Positions 19,755 to 27,154 are shown, counted from the first letter of the stretch. The stretch is DNA of 64,000 bases from an uncultured Bacteroidales bacterium (GCA_946404495.1 CAMJDT010000003.1:4630-68629), one strand, 5' to 3'. Notes: generated by a model from the sequence alone, not told the origin. A program made the numbers and translations.

Positions 19755-21092
19755 TTATTCCGCAAAGAGTTTGCCGAAGTCCTCGTGCGAGATAGCCTGT
19801 TCTTCCACTTTGGCTACGCCCTCGAGGGCCTTGTAGATCTTCTGCTCGGCGCAGCGTTCTACCAGCGCGCGGAGTTGATCCTCTTTCTTCATCATCTCCT
19901 GTGTGTAGGAGGTGAGGTATTGGTCGTCCACGTGCATCAGACCGTACTGCATGAACTGCATGCGGGCTACCTCCTTGGCGTAAGCCTCTACGTCCTCTTT
20001 CTCCACCTTCAGGTCGAAGTGCTTCAGTAGTTGCTCCTTAGCGAGGTGCCATTTCAGTTCTTCTATCATAGCGGGGAAGTCTTTCTCCAGCTGCTCGTCG
20101 GTGAGTTCGGGATTGTTGGTCTTGACCCAGCGACGCAGGAACGTCTCGGGGAATTCCAACTTCTCCAGTTTCTTCATTACGGCAGCTTTGGCATCCAGGC
20201 CGAACTTATAGTCGCTGTCCTGACGCATGTTGTCCTCGATCTCGGCTTTCACTTTGGCACGGAACTCTGCCTCGTCCTTGACGTTGTTGTCGCCGTAAAC
20301 CTTGGCAAACAGCTCGCCGTCGATCTTGGCGTTCTCGTGACGGGTGATGGTCTGAATCTCAAAGGTGAAGTCGGTAGTCAGCTCTTTGGCTTCCTCTTTC
20401 TTGATATCCAGCATCGAGGCTACCTCTACCTCCGAACCGTAGGCTTTCATCGGGTTGAAGGTAACGACGTCGCCTTTCTTGGCACCGTTGAACAGTTTCT
20501 TGCTCTCCTCGTCGCGCATGTAAGCGGGGTTGAGGATGGCGTTCTCTTTGACGATACCGTTCTCCTTCTGCTCGGTCATCAGTCCGCGCAGCATGTCGCC
20601 CTCCTGGAAGGCATCAGCGTCAACGTAGTCGCCGAAGCGGCCGGCGTAGCTCTCCACCTGACGGTCTACCATCTCGTCCGTGACGGTGATGTTGTAGCGC
20701 GTCAGTTTGTTGCGACCGTTCAACAGGGCATCAAACTCGGGAGCAATTGCGATGTCGAAGGCGAAGGTGAAGGTGTCCTGATTGTCGAAGTCCACAGCGG
20801 GAGTCAGCTCCTCGTTGGGCAGCGGATCACCTAAGATATTGAGGTTCTTCTCCTCAATGTATTTCTGCAGTTGTACGCCGATCTCGCGGTTGATCACCTC
20901 GGCCAGCACACCCTTGCCGTACATTTTCTTAACCAATCCCAGGGGTACCATACCGGGGCGGAATCCGGGGATATTGGCTTTCTGACGAATTTGGCGCAGC
21001 TCCTTGTCGGCTGCCTCTTGGTAGTCAGCAGGCTCCATTGTCATCGTGAGCACAGCCTGCATGTCTTTAATTTCGGATTGTTCAATCTTCAT
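19755..21092 (-). CDS. tig: Trigger factor
   Basis: 445-aa ORF. ...QKANIPGFRPGMVPLGLVKKMYGKGVLAEVI... is the trigger factor N-terminal ribosome-binding region. Confidence 0.9.
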   Translation of the reverse strand: MKIEQSEIKDMQAVLTMTMEPADYQEAADKELRQIRQKANIPGFRPGMVPLGLVKKMYGKGVLAEVINREIGVQLQKYIEEKNLNILGDPLPNEELTPAVDFDNQDTFTFAFDIAIAPEFDALLNGRNKLTRYNITVTDEMVDRQVESYAGRFGDYVDADAFQEGDMLRGLMTEQKENGIVKENAILNPAYMRDEESKKLFNGAKKGDVVTFNPMKAYGSEVEVASMLDIKKEEAKELTTDFTFEIQTITRHENAKIDGELFAKVYGDNNVKDEAEFRAKVKAEIEDNMRQDSDYKFGLDAKAAVMKKLEKLEFPETFLRRWVKTNNPELTDEQLEKDFPAMIEELKWHLAKEQLLKHFDLKVEKEDVEAYAKEVARMQFMQYGLMHVDDQYLTSYTQEMMKKEDQLRALVERCAEQKIYKALEGVAKVEEQAISHEDFGKLFAE

Positions 21093-21101
21093 AAATATAT
21101 G

Positions 21102-21144
21102 TAAATCTTAAATTTTAAATCTTAAATCTTAAATCTTAAATCAA
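21102..21144. repeat. Tandem heptamer array (TAAATCT)n at the typA-tig junction
   Basis: TAAATCT-TAAATTT-TAAATCT-TAAATCT-TAAATCT-TAAATCA, directly abutting the typA stop (21145-21147). Confidence 0.9.
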
Positions 21145-22953
21145 TTATCTGTTCGCTCTTTTCCGCTCCAACTCATCGAGGATGATCTTCCTCAGTCGCA
21201 TATGCGTCGGCGTCACCTCCACATATTCGTCCTCCTTGATATACTCCAGCGCCTCTTCCAGCGAGAAGATGATCGGAGGCGGCAGCACGGCTTTGTCGTC
21301 GGCCGACTTGGAACGCATATTGGTGAGTTTCTTCGACTTGGTCACGTTGATCACGATATCGCCTTCCTTGGCGTTCTCACCTACGACTTGCCCGGCATAC
21401 ACTTCCTCCTGCGGGTAGATGAAGAACTTACCGCGGTCCTGCAGTTTGTCCAGCGCGTAGGCATAGGCCGTACCGGATTCCATCGCGATGAGGCTGCCGT
21501 TGGTGCGTTTCTCGATCTCGCCCTTATAGGGTTGGAACTCTAAGAATCGGTGTGCCATAATGGCCTCTCCGGCAGACACGTTCATGACGTACGTTCGCAT
21601 ACCTATGATACCGCGTGACGGGATCTCAAACTCCAGCTGCACACGGTCGTTCACGAGTTCCATCTTGGTCATCTCGCCCTTGTGGGTGGAGACGTACTCG
21701 ATGATCTTACCGGAGCACTCCTCGGGGGTGTTCACCGTCAGTTGCTCCACGGGTTCGCACTTGACGCCGTCGATGGTCTTGATGATGACTTGCGGCTGAC
21801 CCACCTGCAGTTCGTAGCCCTCGCGACGCATTGTCTCTATCAGCACACTCAGGTGCAGCACACCGCGGCCGTATACGCGCCATACATCCTCGTTGGGGTT
21901 CTTCTCCACGCGCAGCGCCAGGTTCTTCTCCAACTCTTTCATCAGTCTATCGTGGATATGACGCGAGGTGACGAACTTACCCTCCTGACCGAAGAAGGGG
22001 CTGTCGTTTATCGTGAATACCATCGACATCGTCGGCTCGTCGATGGCAATCGGTTGCAGCGCCTCCGGCTGGAGTGCATCGCAGATCGTGTCGCCGATCT
22101 CGAAGCCGTCGATACCGATCAGGGCGCATATATCACCCGACGATACGGCGTCGGTCTTCACGTGACCCATTCCGGAGAAGGTGTGTAGCTCCTTGATCTT
22201 GGTCTTGACATTCGTGCCGTCTTTCTTGGCGAGCGTCACGGTCTGTCCGTCCGTCAGCGTACCGCGATGCACCCTTCCTACGGCGATACGGCCTACGTAG
22301 GGGTTGTAGTCCAGGCTGGTGATCAGCATCTGCGGCGTACCCTCCAGCACCTCCGGCGCGGGGATGTACTCGATGATGGCATCCATCAGCGCGGTGATGT
22401 CCGTGGTGGGTTTGTGCCAGTCGGTGGACATCCATCCGTTCTTGGCCGAACCGTAGATGGTCTGGAAGTCGAGTTGGTCGTCCGTAGCGTTGAGGTTCAC
22501 CATCAGGTCAAACACAGCCTCCTGTACCTCGTCGGGACGGCAGTTGAGCTTGTCCACTTTGTTGATCACCACGATCGGCTTGAGGTTCATCTCCAATGCC
22601 TTCTGCAGCACGAAGCGGGTCTGCGGCATCGGACCCTCAAAGGCGTCCACCAGCAGCAGTACGCCGTCGGCCATATTCAGCACGCGCTCTACCTCGCCTC
22701 CGAAGTCCGCGTGCCCCGGAGTGTCGATGATGTTGATCTTCACGCCCTTGTACTCGATGGCTACGTTCTTGGCCAAGATGGTGATGCCGCGTTCGCGTTC
22801 CAACTCGTTGTTATCCAGGATCAGTTCCTTCTGCTCCTGAAACTCGCCGTGAGCCTCTTTCACTACCTTGGCGGTGTAGAGCATCTTGTCCACCAGGGTC
22901 GTTTTTCCGTGGTCCACGTGTGCGATAATTGCTATATTTCGTATCTCTTGCAT
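21145..22953 (-). CDS. typA: Translational GTPase TypA/BipA
   Basis: 602-aa [28 protein letters not shown]...[14 protein letters not shown]...NKVDK. Confidence 0.93.
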   Translation of the reverse strand: MQEIRNIAIIAHVDHGKTTLVDKMLYTAKVVKEAHGEFQEQKELILDNNELERERGITILAKNVAIEYKGVKINIIDTPGHADFGGEVERVLNMADGVLLLVDAFEGPMPQTRFVLQKALEMNLKPIVVINKVDKLNCRPDEVQEAVFDLMVNLNATDDQLDFQTIYGSAKNGWMSTDWHKPTTDITALMDAIIEYIPAPEVLEGTPQMLITSLDYNPYVGRIAVGRVHRGTLTDGQTVTLAKKDGTNVKTKIKELHTFSGMGHVKTDAVSSGDICALIGIDGFEIGDTICDALQPEALQPIAIDEPTMSMVFTINDSPFFGQEGKFVTSRHIHDRLMKELEKNLALRVEKNPNEDVWRVYGRGVLHLSVLIETMRREGYELQVGQPQVIIKTIDGVKCEPVEQLTVNTPEECSGKIIEYVSTHKGEMTKMELVNDRVQLEFEIPSRGIIGMRTYVMNVSAGEAIMAHRFLEFQPYKGEIEKRTNGSLIAMESGTAYAYALDKLQDRGKFFIYPQEEVYAGQVVGENAKEGDIVINVTKSKKLTNMRSKSADDKAVLPPPIIFSLEEALEYIKEDEYVEVTPTHMRLRKIILDELERKRANR

Positions 22954-22967
22954 AGTCGTTTTTATTA

Positions 22968-23035
22968 GTGCCTATATGGCCGTTTTTTTATGCCTATATG
23001 TTTGTTTTTTTTGTGCCTATATGGCCGTTTTTTTA
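22968..23035 (-). repeat. Three tandem ~22-nt repeats in the typA 5' UTR
   Basis: GTGCCTATATGGCCGTTTTTTTA / TGCCTATATGTTTGTTTTTTTT / GTGCCTATATGGCCGTTTTTTTA, located between the typA ATG (22953) and its promoter. Confidence 0.85.
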
Positions 23036-23066
23036 ATGCCCTTCTTTGGCAAATTAAATTAGCCTG

Positions 23067-23098
23067 CAAAAGTACGACTTTTTTTTGATATATGCAAA
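23067..23098 (-). promoter_or_regulatory. Promoter of typA (and possibly the typA-tig-mpl-deaminase-protease string)
   Basis: The minus strand reads TTTGCATATATCAAAAAAAAGTCGTACTTTTGCAGGC. Confidence 0.6.
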
Positions 23099-23250
23099 TA
23101 AATTTGCACTTTTTCTGAGAACGCTTTGATTTTTTTTCTGTTTTGGCATATCAATTCGCATTTTTTTTGCGTGAGATGAATAGAATTTATGACGTAGAAT
23201 GTGCCGTTTAGAACAGTATCATCACGGGACCATGTTACGATGACCTTACT

Positions 23251-23748
23251 GTCCTTTTCCCCGACTTCACCGAGCCATTCTCGAGACTTTCCCGAGTCAA
23301 TCTCGAGACAATCACAGGTCGTTTCCGATTCGATCCTAGACCATTGCCGAGTCAATCTCGAACCGTTTACGAGACAATCCTAGACTTTAGTCCTTCCATT
23401 CAGCCAATCACAAGCCAACCTCGCCCTATCAAATGACTCTCATAGTTGATATTTTTGCATGAGATTTTTGAGATTTTTGAGACTTTCCGCCGGATCCCCC
23501 TTATTTTACTGGATCTAACATAGTCTCACCAAAATCTCATAGTCTCACTTCATTTTTCTTCGTGTCGCTATGTCGCTTTGTCGCTGTTCCATTTTTCGTC
23601 GTGACGGTTTGACGGTTTGTCGGTTTCGTTCGGAATGCCTGTATTTAAAGGGCTTGTCGCTATTTCCCTATTCCGGCAAACCGTCATATTGTCATCATTC
23701 CAATTTTACTCTAGCTTAGTCCCTGTTCCGCTTCCTAAGGCTCTGGTA
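23251..23748 (+). repeat. Left arm of a long, patchy inverted repeat (core 23251-23310)
   Basis: 23251-23310 (GTCCTTTTCCCCGACTTCACCGAGCCATTCTCGAGACTTTCCCGAGTCAATCTCGAGACA) matches the reverse complement of 27096-27154 at about 51/60 positions. A second collinear patch at 23723-23748 matches the reverse complement of 26911-26936 at 23/26. Confidence 0.8.
23461..23626. repeat. Iteron-like cluster of short direct and inverted repeats
   Basis: GAGATTTTT x2 + GAGAC (23461-23483) faces GTCTCACCAAAATCTCATAGTCTCAC (23523-23548) as an imperfect inverted repeat. This is followed by TGTCGCT x3 (23563-23586) and GACGGTTT-like x3 (23603-23626). Confidence 0.7.
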
Positions 23749-23821
23749 AGCCCTCAATTCCGAACAATCAACACTAAGTTAGAATGCTCAAAATGACGTG
23801 AAAATGAGTCAAATAAGATGA

Positions 23822-23850
23822 ATCTGCATCAAAAGTGCAGATTTTTTGTT
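23822..23850 (+). terminator. Orphan Rho-independent terminator (no ORF upstream)
   Basis: ATCTGCA-TCAAAAG-TGCAGAT followed by TTTTTTGTTTTTT. The T-run is present only in the + orientation. Confidence 0.6.
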
Positions 23851-23865
23851 TTTTATAGCGAAATA

Positions 23866-23897
23866 TTTGCATATATCAGAAAAAAAACGTAATTTTG
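23866..23897 (+). promoter_or_regulatory. Promoter of TA-like module 1
   Basis: TTTGCATATATCAGAAAAAAAACGTAATTTTGCAGCG. The 62-nt leader is identical to the one upstream of module 3. Confidence 0.65.
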
Positions 23898-23959
23898 CAG
23901 CGATTTTGGGATACTATGTATCCGTGAGACAAAATCAATACGAGAAGGAGGATTGAATT

Positions 23960-24142
23960 ATGGCAACAGCAATTAAAGCGATTCCGACGCTGTATGGCGA
24001 AGAAGCAACACGTTTCCGCCAAATGGCAGAGGAGGCGGAGAGACGTTATGAGTCCACTCCGGTACGAGACCGCAGAAGCGATCCGTACGTTATTAACATG
24101 CGTACAATGCTACAACGTAGCGGAATGTCAGTCGCTTTATGA
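23960..24142 (+). CDS. Small protein (60 aa), putative antitoxin partner of the GNAT protein
   Basis: MATAIKAIPTLYGEEATRFRQMAEEAERRYE.... It has a 4-nt ATGA overlap with the downstream GNAT gene. Two paralogs in the window share the motif IP.LYGE(E/D)A.RF. Confidence 0.6.
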   Translation: MATAIKAIPTLYGEEATRFRQMAEEAERRYESTPVRDRRSDPYVINMRTMLQRSGMSVAL

Positions 24143-24762
24143 TTGATATCTTACGAGACTGTACATTGCATGTTTTGACGGATGATGTTCTTAAGGAATG
24201 TTATCCCTTTAGTTGTGGGCAGAACGATGATATGGATGAATTTTTCCGTGTAGATGCTCTGGAGTATGCCAAGTTTCGTATGGGAAAGTCGTATTGTTTT
24301 CGCCTAATTAGTGACCCTAAGCAAATCATTTGCTGTTTTACATTGTCGAGTGACAGTATTCGTATATACGATTTGCCAAACTCGCGCAAGAACCGAATGT
24401 GGGGAATAACGAATCGCGAGAAGATGTTGAGCCGTTATCCGGGTGTATTGATTGGTCGTTTTGCTGTTGACGCCAAGTATGCCAATCAAGGAGTGGGTTC
24501 GCAAGCTTTGCATTTTATACGTCGTTGGATAATGGAGGATGATGCAAAGATGGCTAATCGACTGGCTATAGTGGATGCTGTGAATAAACCGGAGGTATTG
24601 CATTTCTATGAAAAGAACGGTTTTACCCCTCTCTTTTCATCGGAACTACAGGAAGACTTGTACACCAAGCGTCCATTGAACGACGCTGATCGACAGGACC
24701 GCGAGCAACATCCTCGCCATCTTAGTACAAGGTTAATGTTTTGTGATTTGTTGACTTGCTAG
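24139..24762 (+). CDS. GNAT-family N-acetyltransferase (207 aa), putative toxin of a type II TA-like pair
   Basis: Acetyl-CoA motif A (GVLIGRFAVDAKYANQGVGSQALHFI) plus FYEKNGF. The gene is translationally coupled to the small upstream gene. Confidence 0.7.
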   Translation: MIDILRDCTLHVLTDDVLKECYPFSCGQNDDMDEFFRVDALEYAKFRMGKSYCFRLISDPKQIICCFTLSSDSIRIYDLPNSRKNRMWGITNREKMLSRYPGVLIGRFAVDAKYANQGVGSQALHFIRRWIMEDDAKMANRLAIVDAVNKPEVLHFYEKNGFTPLFSSELQEDLYTKRPLNDADRQDREQHPRHLSTRLMFCDLLTC

Positions 24763-24770
24763 TCATAAAA

Positions 24771-24950
24771 ATACACATCTAACTTGCGGATGTAAAATGC
24801 AAGCCGCTGGGGCCGATAGCGTTAAAAAGCGGTGACATGTTGATTAAGTTTATAGACGCGAAATTTTCAAAAAGAACTGAAGAGTCCATAAAATTGAAGA
24901 AAAATGACATAAAATTTGCATATGTCATTTTTTTGTTGTACCTTTGCAGC
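24771..24950 (+). repeat. Cassette-junction repeat, copy 1 (full length, ~180 bp, contains promoter)
   Basis: ATACACATCTAACTTGCGGATGTAAAATGCAAGCCGCTGGGGCCGATAGCGTTAAAAAGCGGTGACATGTTGATT...AATGACATAAAATTTGCATATGTCATT...TACCTTTGCAGC. It is about 90% identical to copy 3 (26467-26646). Confidence 0.9.
24915..24946 (+). promoter_or_regulatory. Promoter of cassette 2
   Basis: TTTGCATATGTCATTTTTTTGTTGTACCTTTGCAGCC. The -33 box sits inside the 8-bp-arm palindrome AATGACAT-N11-ATGTCATT. Confidence 0.6.
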
Positions 24951-24975
24951 CCAAAGGTATGCAAAGGAACTAACA

Positions 24976-25173
24976 ATGGTAGAATTGAAGAACATAAGAT
25001 GGAGCGATTTTGAGGTTGTAGATGCACCCAAGCACGAGTTGAAACCCGGGCAGAAAGTGCAATGCACTTACTTTCGTATAAATCCGGGTAGCTACAAACC
25101 TGTGCACTCAAATCTTACCATTACGGATATGCCAAAAGAGTTATATGATGCGTTCTTTCAAGCAAGAGTATAA
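24976..25173 (+). CDS. Small hypothetical protein (65 aa)
   Basis: MVELKNIRWSDFEVVDAPKHELKPGQKVQCTYFRINPGSYKPVHSNLTITDMPKELYDAFFQARV. The start is moved to the first ATG downstream of the predicted TSS. Confidence 0.45.
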   Translation: MVELKNIRWSDFEVVDAPKHELKPGQKVQCTYFRINPGSYKPVHSNLTITDMPKELYDAFFQARV

Positions 25174-25231
25174 TTGTCAGGCAGAAGCAATCATTACTGA
25201 AGCAGTAGATTAATAGAAAGAGGATAAAACT

Positions 25232-25402
25232 ATGGCACGACCAATTGCAGAAACACCGATTTTGTATGGCGAAGATGCGCTTCGCTTCATACAGAGAGCG
25301 CAGTATGTGGAAAGTCTGTCCAAAACACAGCGGCAAGCTAATCTCAGAGCTTTAGAAGATCGTTTGGCTCGATCAAAACATCAAATAGAGTTCTGTTTAT
25401 AA
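25232..25402 (+). CDS. Small protein (56 aa), antitoxin-like paralog (orphan)
   Basis: Manual translation gives MARPIAETPILYGEDALRFIQRAQYVESLSKTQRQANLRALEDRLARSKHQIEFCL. It shares the P.LYGE.A.RF motif with 23960-24142 and 25653-25823. Confidence 0.55.
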   Translation: MARPIAETPILYGEDALRFIQRAQYVESLSKTQRQANLRALEDRLARSKHQIEFCL

Positions 25403-25405
25403 GAG

Positions 25406-25480
25406 ATGAATATTGTTCCGCTGACAAAGGACTACGCTTTGACCGCATTTGATTGTGGCGACAGGGTTAAAAAGCGTTGA
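25406..25480 (+). pseudogene. 5' remnant (24 codons) of a GNAT toxin-like gene, truncated at the cassette-junction repeat
   Basis: MNIVPLTKDYALTAFDCGDR|VKKR*. The FDCGD motif aligns with PFSCGQ/PFVCGS of the two intact GNATs. Homology to the junction repeat begins exactly at GTTAAAAAGCG (25466). Confidence 0.6.
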
Positions 25481-25594
25481 CATGTTAATTTGGTTATTGA
25501 CGCGGAATTCTCAAAAAAGACCGTAAAGTCCATAAAAATGAAGAAAAATGACATAAAATTTGCATATGTCATTTTTTTTGTGTAATTTTGCAGC
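25466..25594 (+). repeat. Cassette-junction repeat, copy 2 (5'-truncated, ~130 bp)
   Basis: GTTAAAAAGCGTTGACATGTTAATTTGGTTATTGACGCGGAATTCTCAAAAAAGACCGTAAAGTCCATAAAAATGAAGAAAAATGACATAAAATTTGCATATGTCATTTTTTTTGTGTAATTTTGCAGC. Confidence 0.9.
25559..25590 (+). promoter_or_regulatory. Promoter of TA-like module 3
   Basis: TTTGCATATGTCATTTTTTTTGTGTAATTTTGCAGCG, with the same palindrome over the -33 box. Confidence 0.65.
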
Positions 25595-25652
25595 GATTTT
25601 GGGATACTATGTATCCGTGAGACAAAATCAATACGAGAAGGAGGATTGAATT

Positions 25653-25823
25653 ATGGCAACAGCAATTAAAGCGATTCCGACGCTGTACGGCGAAGAAGCA
25701 TTGCGCTTTTTAACCGCTGCTCAAGCCGCAGAGAGGCGCTACGATGAGCGAGGACCAATTGATTGGTCGCAAACACAAGGTGTGCAAACAGCACGCCAAA
25801 TATGGGCTAATATGATGCAATAG
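25653..25823 (+). CDS. Small protein (56 aa), putative antitoxin partner
   Basis: MATAIKAIPTLYGEEALRFLTAAQAAERRYDERGPIDWSQTQGVQTARQIWANMMQ. The first ~50 nt and the 5' leader are identical to module 1. Its stop lies 2 nt before the GNAT ATG. Confidence 0.6.
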   Translation: MATAIKAIPTLYGEEALRFLTAAQAAERRYDERGPIDWSQTQGVQTARQIWANMMQ

Positions 25824-25825
25824 AC

Positions 25826-26464
25826 ATGAGTTTCCTGGCAGACAATTGTTTACTTAGTCCATATACGGAAGATGTGCGTCAAGCATGTCTGCCTTTTGTG
25901 TGTGGTAGTGAAGACATGGATGAGTTCTTCGCTAAAGATTTTGCTGCCTACGCTCATTACTTAATGGGCAAATCCTATTGTTTCCGACTTAAGGAAAGTC
26001 CCAAACAGATAGTGTGTGCATTTACGATCAGCAATGATAGTATACGAATATACGATTTGCCACGCTCACGACGAGACTATATGAAAGCCATTACGCACCA
26101 TGAGAAGCATTTACGCAGATACCCCGGTGTGTTAATTGGACGATTGGCTGTAGCAAAAGAGTTTGCCGGTAAAGGCGTTGGATCCGCAGTATTGACATTT
26201 GTGAAAGACCTGTTCTCCGATCCGGCGATACAAACAGGTTGCCGATTTATAATTGTAGATGCCGTGAATTCTCCTGAGATATTGTCCTTTTATCAGAAGA
26301 ACGGTTTTGTATTCCTATTTACTACTGAGGGACAGGAGGCATTATACACCTATCCGCCCAAGGATGAGGAAGAACGTCAAGCGTTGAAGAATAATCCGCA
26401 TCCATTGCAAACACGATTGATGTACTTTGATCTTCTTGATTTGAAGAATCAAAAAGAACAATAA
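25826..26464 (+). CDS. GNAT-family N-acetyltransferase (212 aa), paralog of 24139-24762
   Basis: GVLIGRLAVAKEFAGKGVGSAVLTFV plus FYQKNGF. By eye it is collinear with, and roughly half identical to, the first GNAT (MGKSYCFRL, DSIRIYDLP, RYPGVLIGR, IVDAVN). Confidence 0.7.
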   Translation: MSFLADNCLLSPYTEDVRQACLPFVCGSEDMDEFFAKDFAAYAHYLMGKSYCFRLKESPKQIVCAFTISNDSIRIYDLPRSRRDYMKAITHHEKHLRRYPGVLIGRLAVAKEFAGKGVGSAVLTFVKDLFSDPAIQTGCRFIIVDAVNSPEILSFYQKNGFVFLFTTEGQEALYTYPPKDEEERQALKNNPHPLQTRLMYFDLLDLKNQKEQ

Positions 26465-26466
26465 CG

Positions 26467-26646
26467 ATACACATCTAACTTGCGGATGTAAAATGCAAGC
26501 CGCTGGGGCCGACAGCGTAAAAAAGCGGTGACATGTTGATTAGGTTTATAGACGCGAAATTCTCAAAAAGGGCTGTAAAGTCCATAAAAATGAAGAAAAA
26601 TGACATAAAATTTGCATATGTCATTTTTTTTGTGTAATTTTGCAGC
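26467..26646 (+). repeat. Cassette-junction repeat, copy 3 (full length)
   Basis: Same unit as copy 1. It starts 3 nt after the GNAT stop. Confidence 0.9.
26611..26642 (+). promoter_or_regulatory. Orphan cassette promoter (no ORF for ~830 nt downstream)
   Basis: TTTGCATATGTCATTTTTTTTGTGTAATTTTGCAGCC. The next credible start codon on this strand is 27474. Confidence 0.55.
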
Positions 26647-26910
26647 CGTATTCGTTTTACGCTGCGTGAGTGAGATTTTTTGTAGCTCACGTCGGGAAGT
26701 GTCCTATTAGTGCGAGGCGGGTACAGGACATGATAAAAAGCGTCTTAAATGCGCTTTGTTTTGGCATTCTGAAATCTGGTAAATTTCGATAACTTCCAAG
26801 ACAATGTGACACTAAGATGCTCATGGTGTATATTGTAAGTGCACGCGTACGCGCGTGTATATATACATATTGGCGTGGGCTTCGGTGTTGCTGTTTGGAA
26901 GTAAAGGCAA

Positions 26911-27154
26911 TACCAGAGCCTCAGAATGCGGAACAGCAAGATTGCAGTCCCGCTTTTTTCGTGTGTACATGAGTGGAAGGGATTAAGCTATAGAGGAAAG
27001 GACTAAGCCAGAGTGGAGGGGACTAAGTGGGGACCAAGCTGAAAGGGGGCAAGGTGAAAAAAGGAACAGGCTGTGAGGGAAGTGAATTAGGAAATGACTC
27101 GAGATTGGATCGGGATTTTCTCGAGAATGGCTCGAAGAAGTCGGAGAAAAGGAC
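26911..27154 (-). repeat. Right arm of the long patchy inverted repeat (core 27096-27154)
   Basis: See the left arm. The reverse complement of 27096-27154 is GTCCTTTTCTCCGACTTCTTCGAGCCATTCTCGAGAAAATCCCGATCCAATCTCGAGTCA. Confidence 0.8.

Noticed and set aside
23059-23383. ORFs 23059-23355 (-) and 23201-23383 (+), and their counterparts 26983-27273, 27023-27235 and 27087-27278 (-), as real small proteins, because two of them share the peptide LSFSPTS.SHSR.
   Set aside because: The shared peptide is simply the translation of the inverted DNA repeat. The ORFs are low-complexity, overlap each other in several frames, cross simple tandem repeats, and lack promoter or start context.
24771-26646. 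An integron-type cassette array, with the junction repeats acting as attC sites.
   Set aside because: No IntI-like tyrosine recombinase or attI is present in the window. The repeat lacks the R''-L''/L'-R' symmetric structure. GTTAAAA does not fit GTTRRRY at the last position. Each repeat carries its own promoter, unlike promoterless integron cassettes. It is kept only as a recombination-footprint observation.
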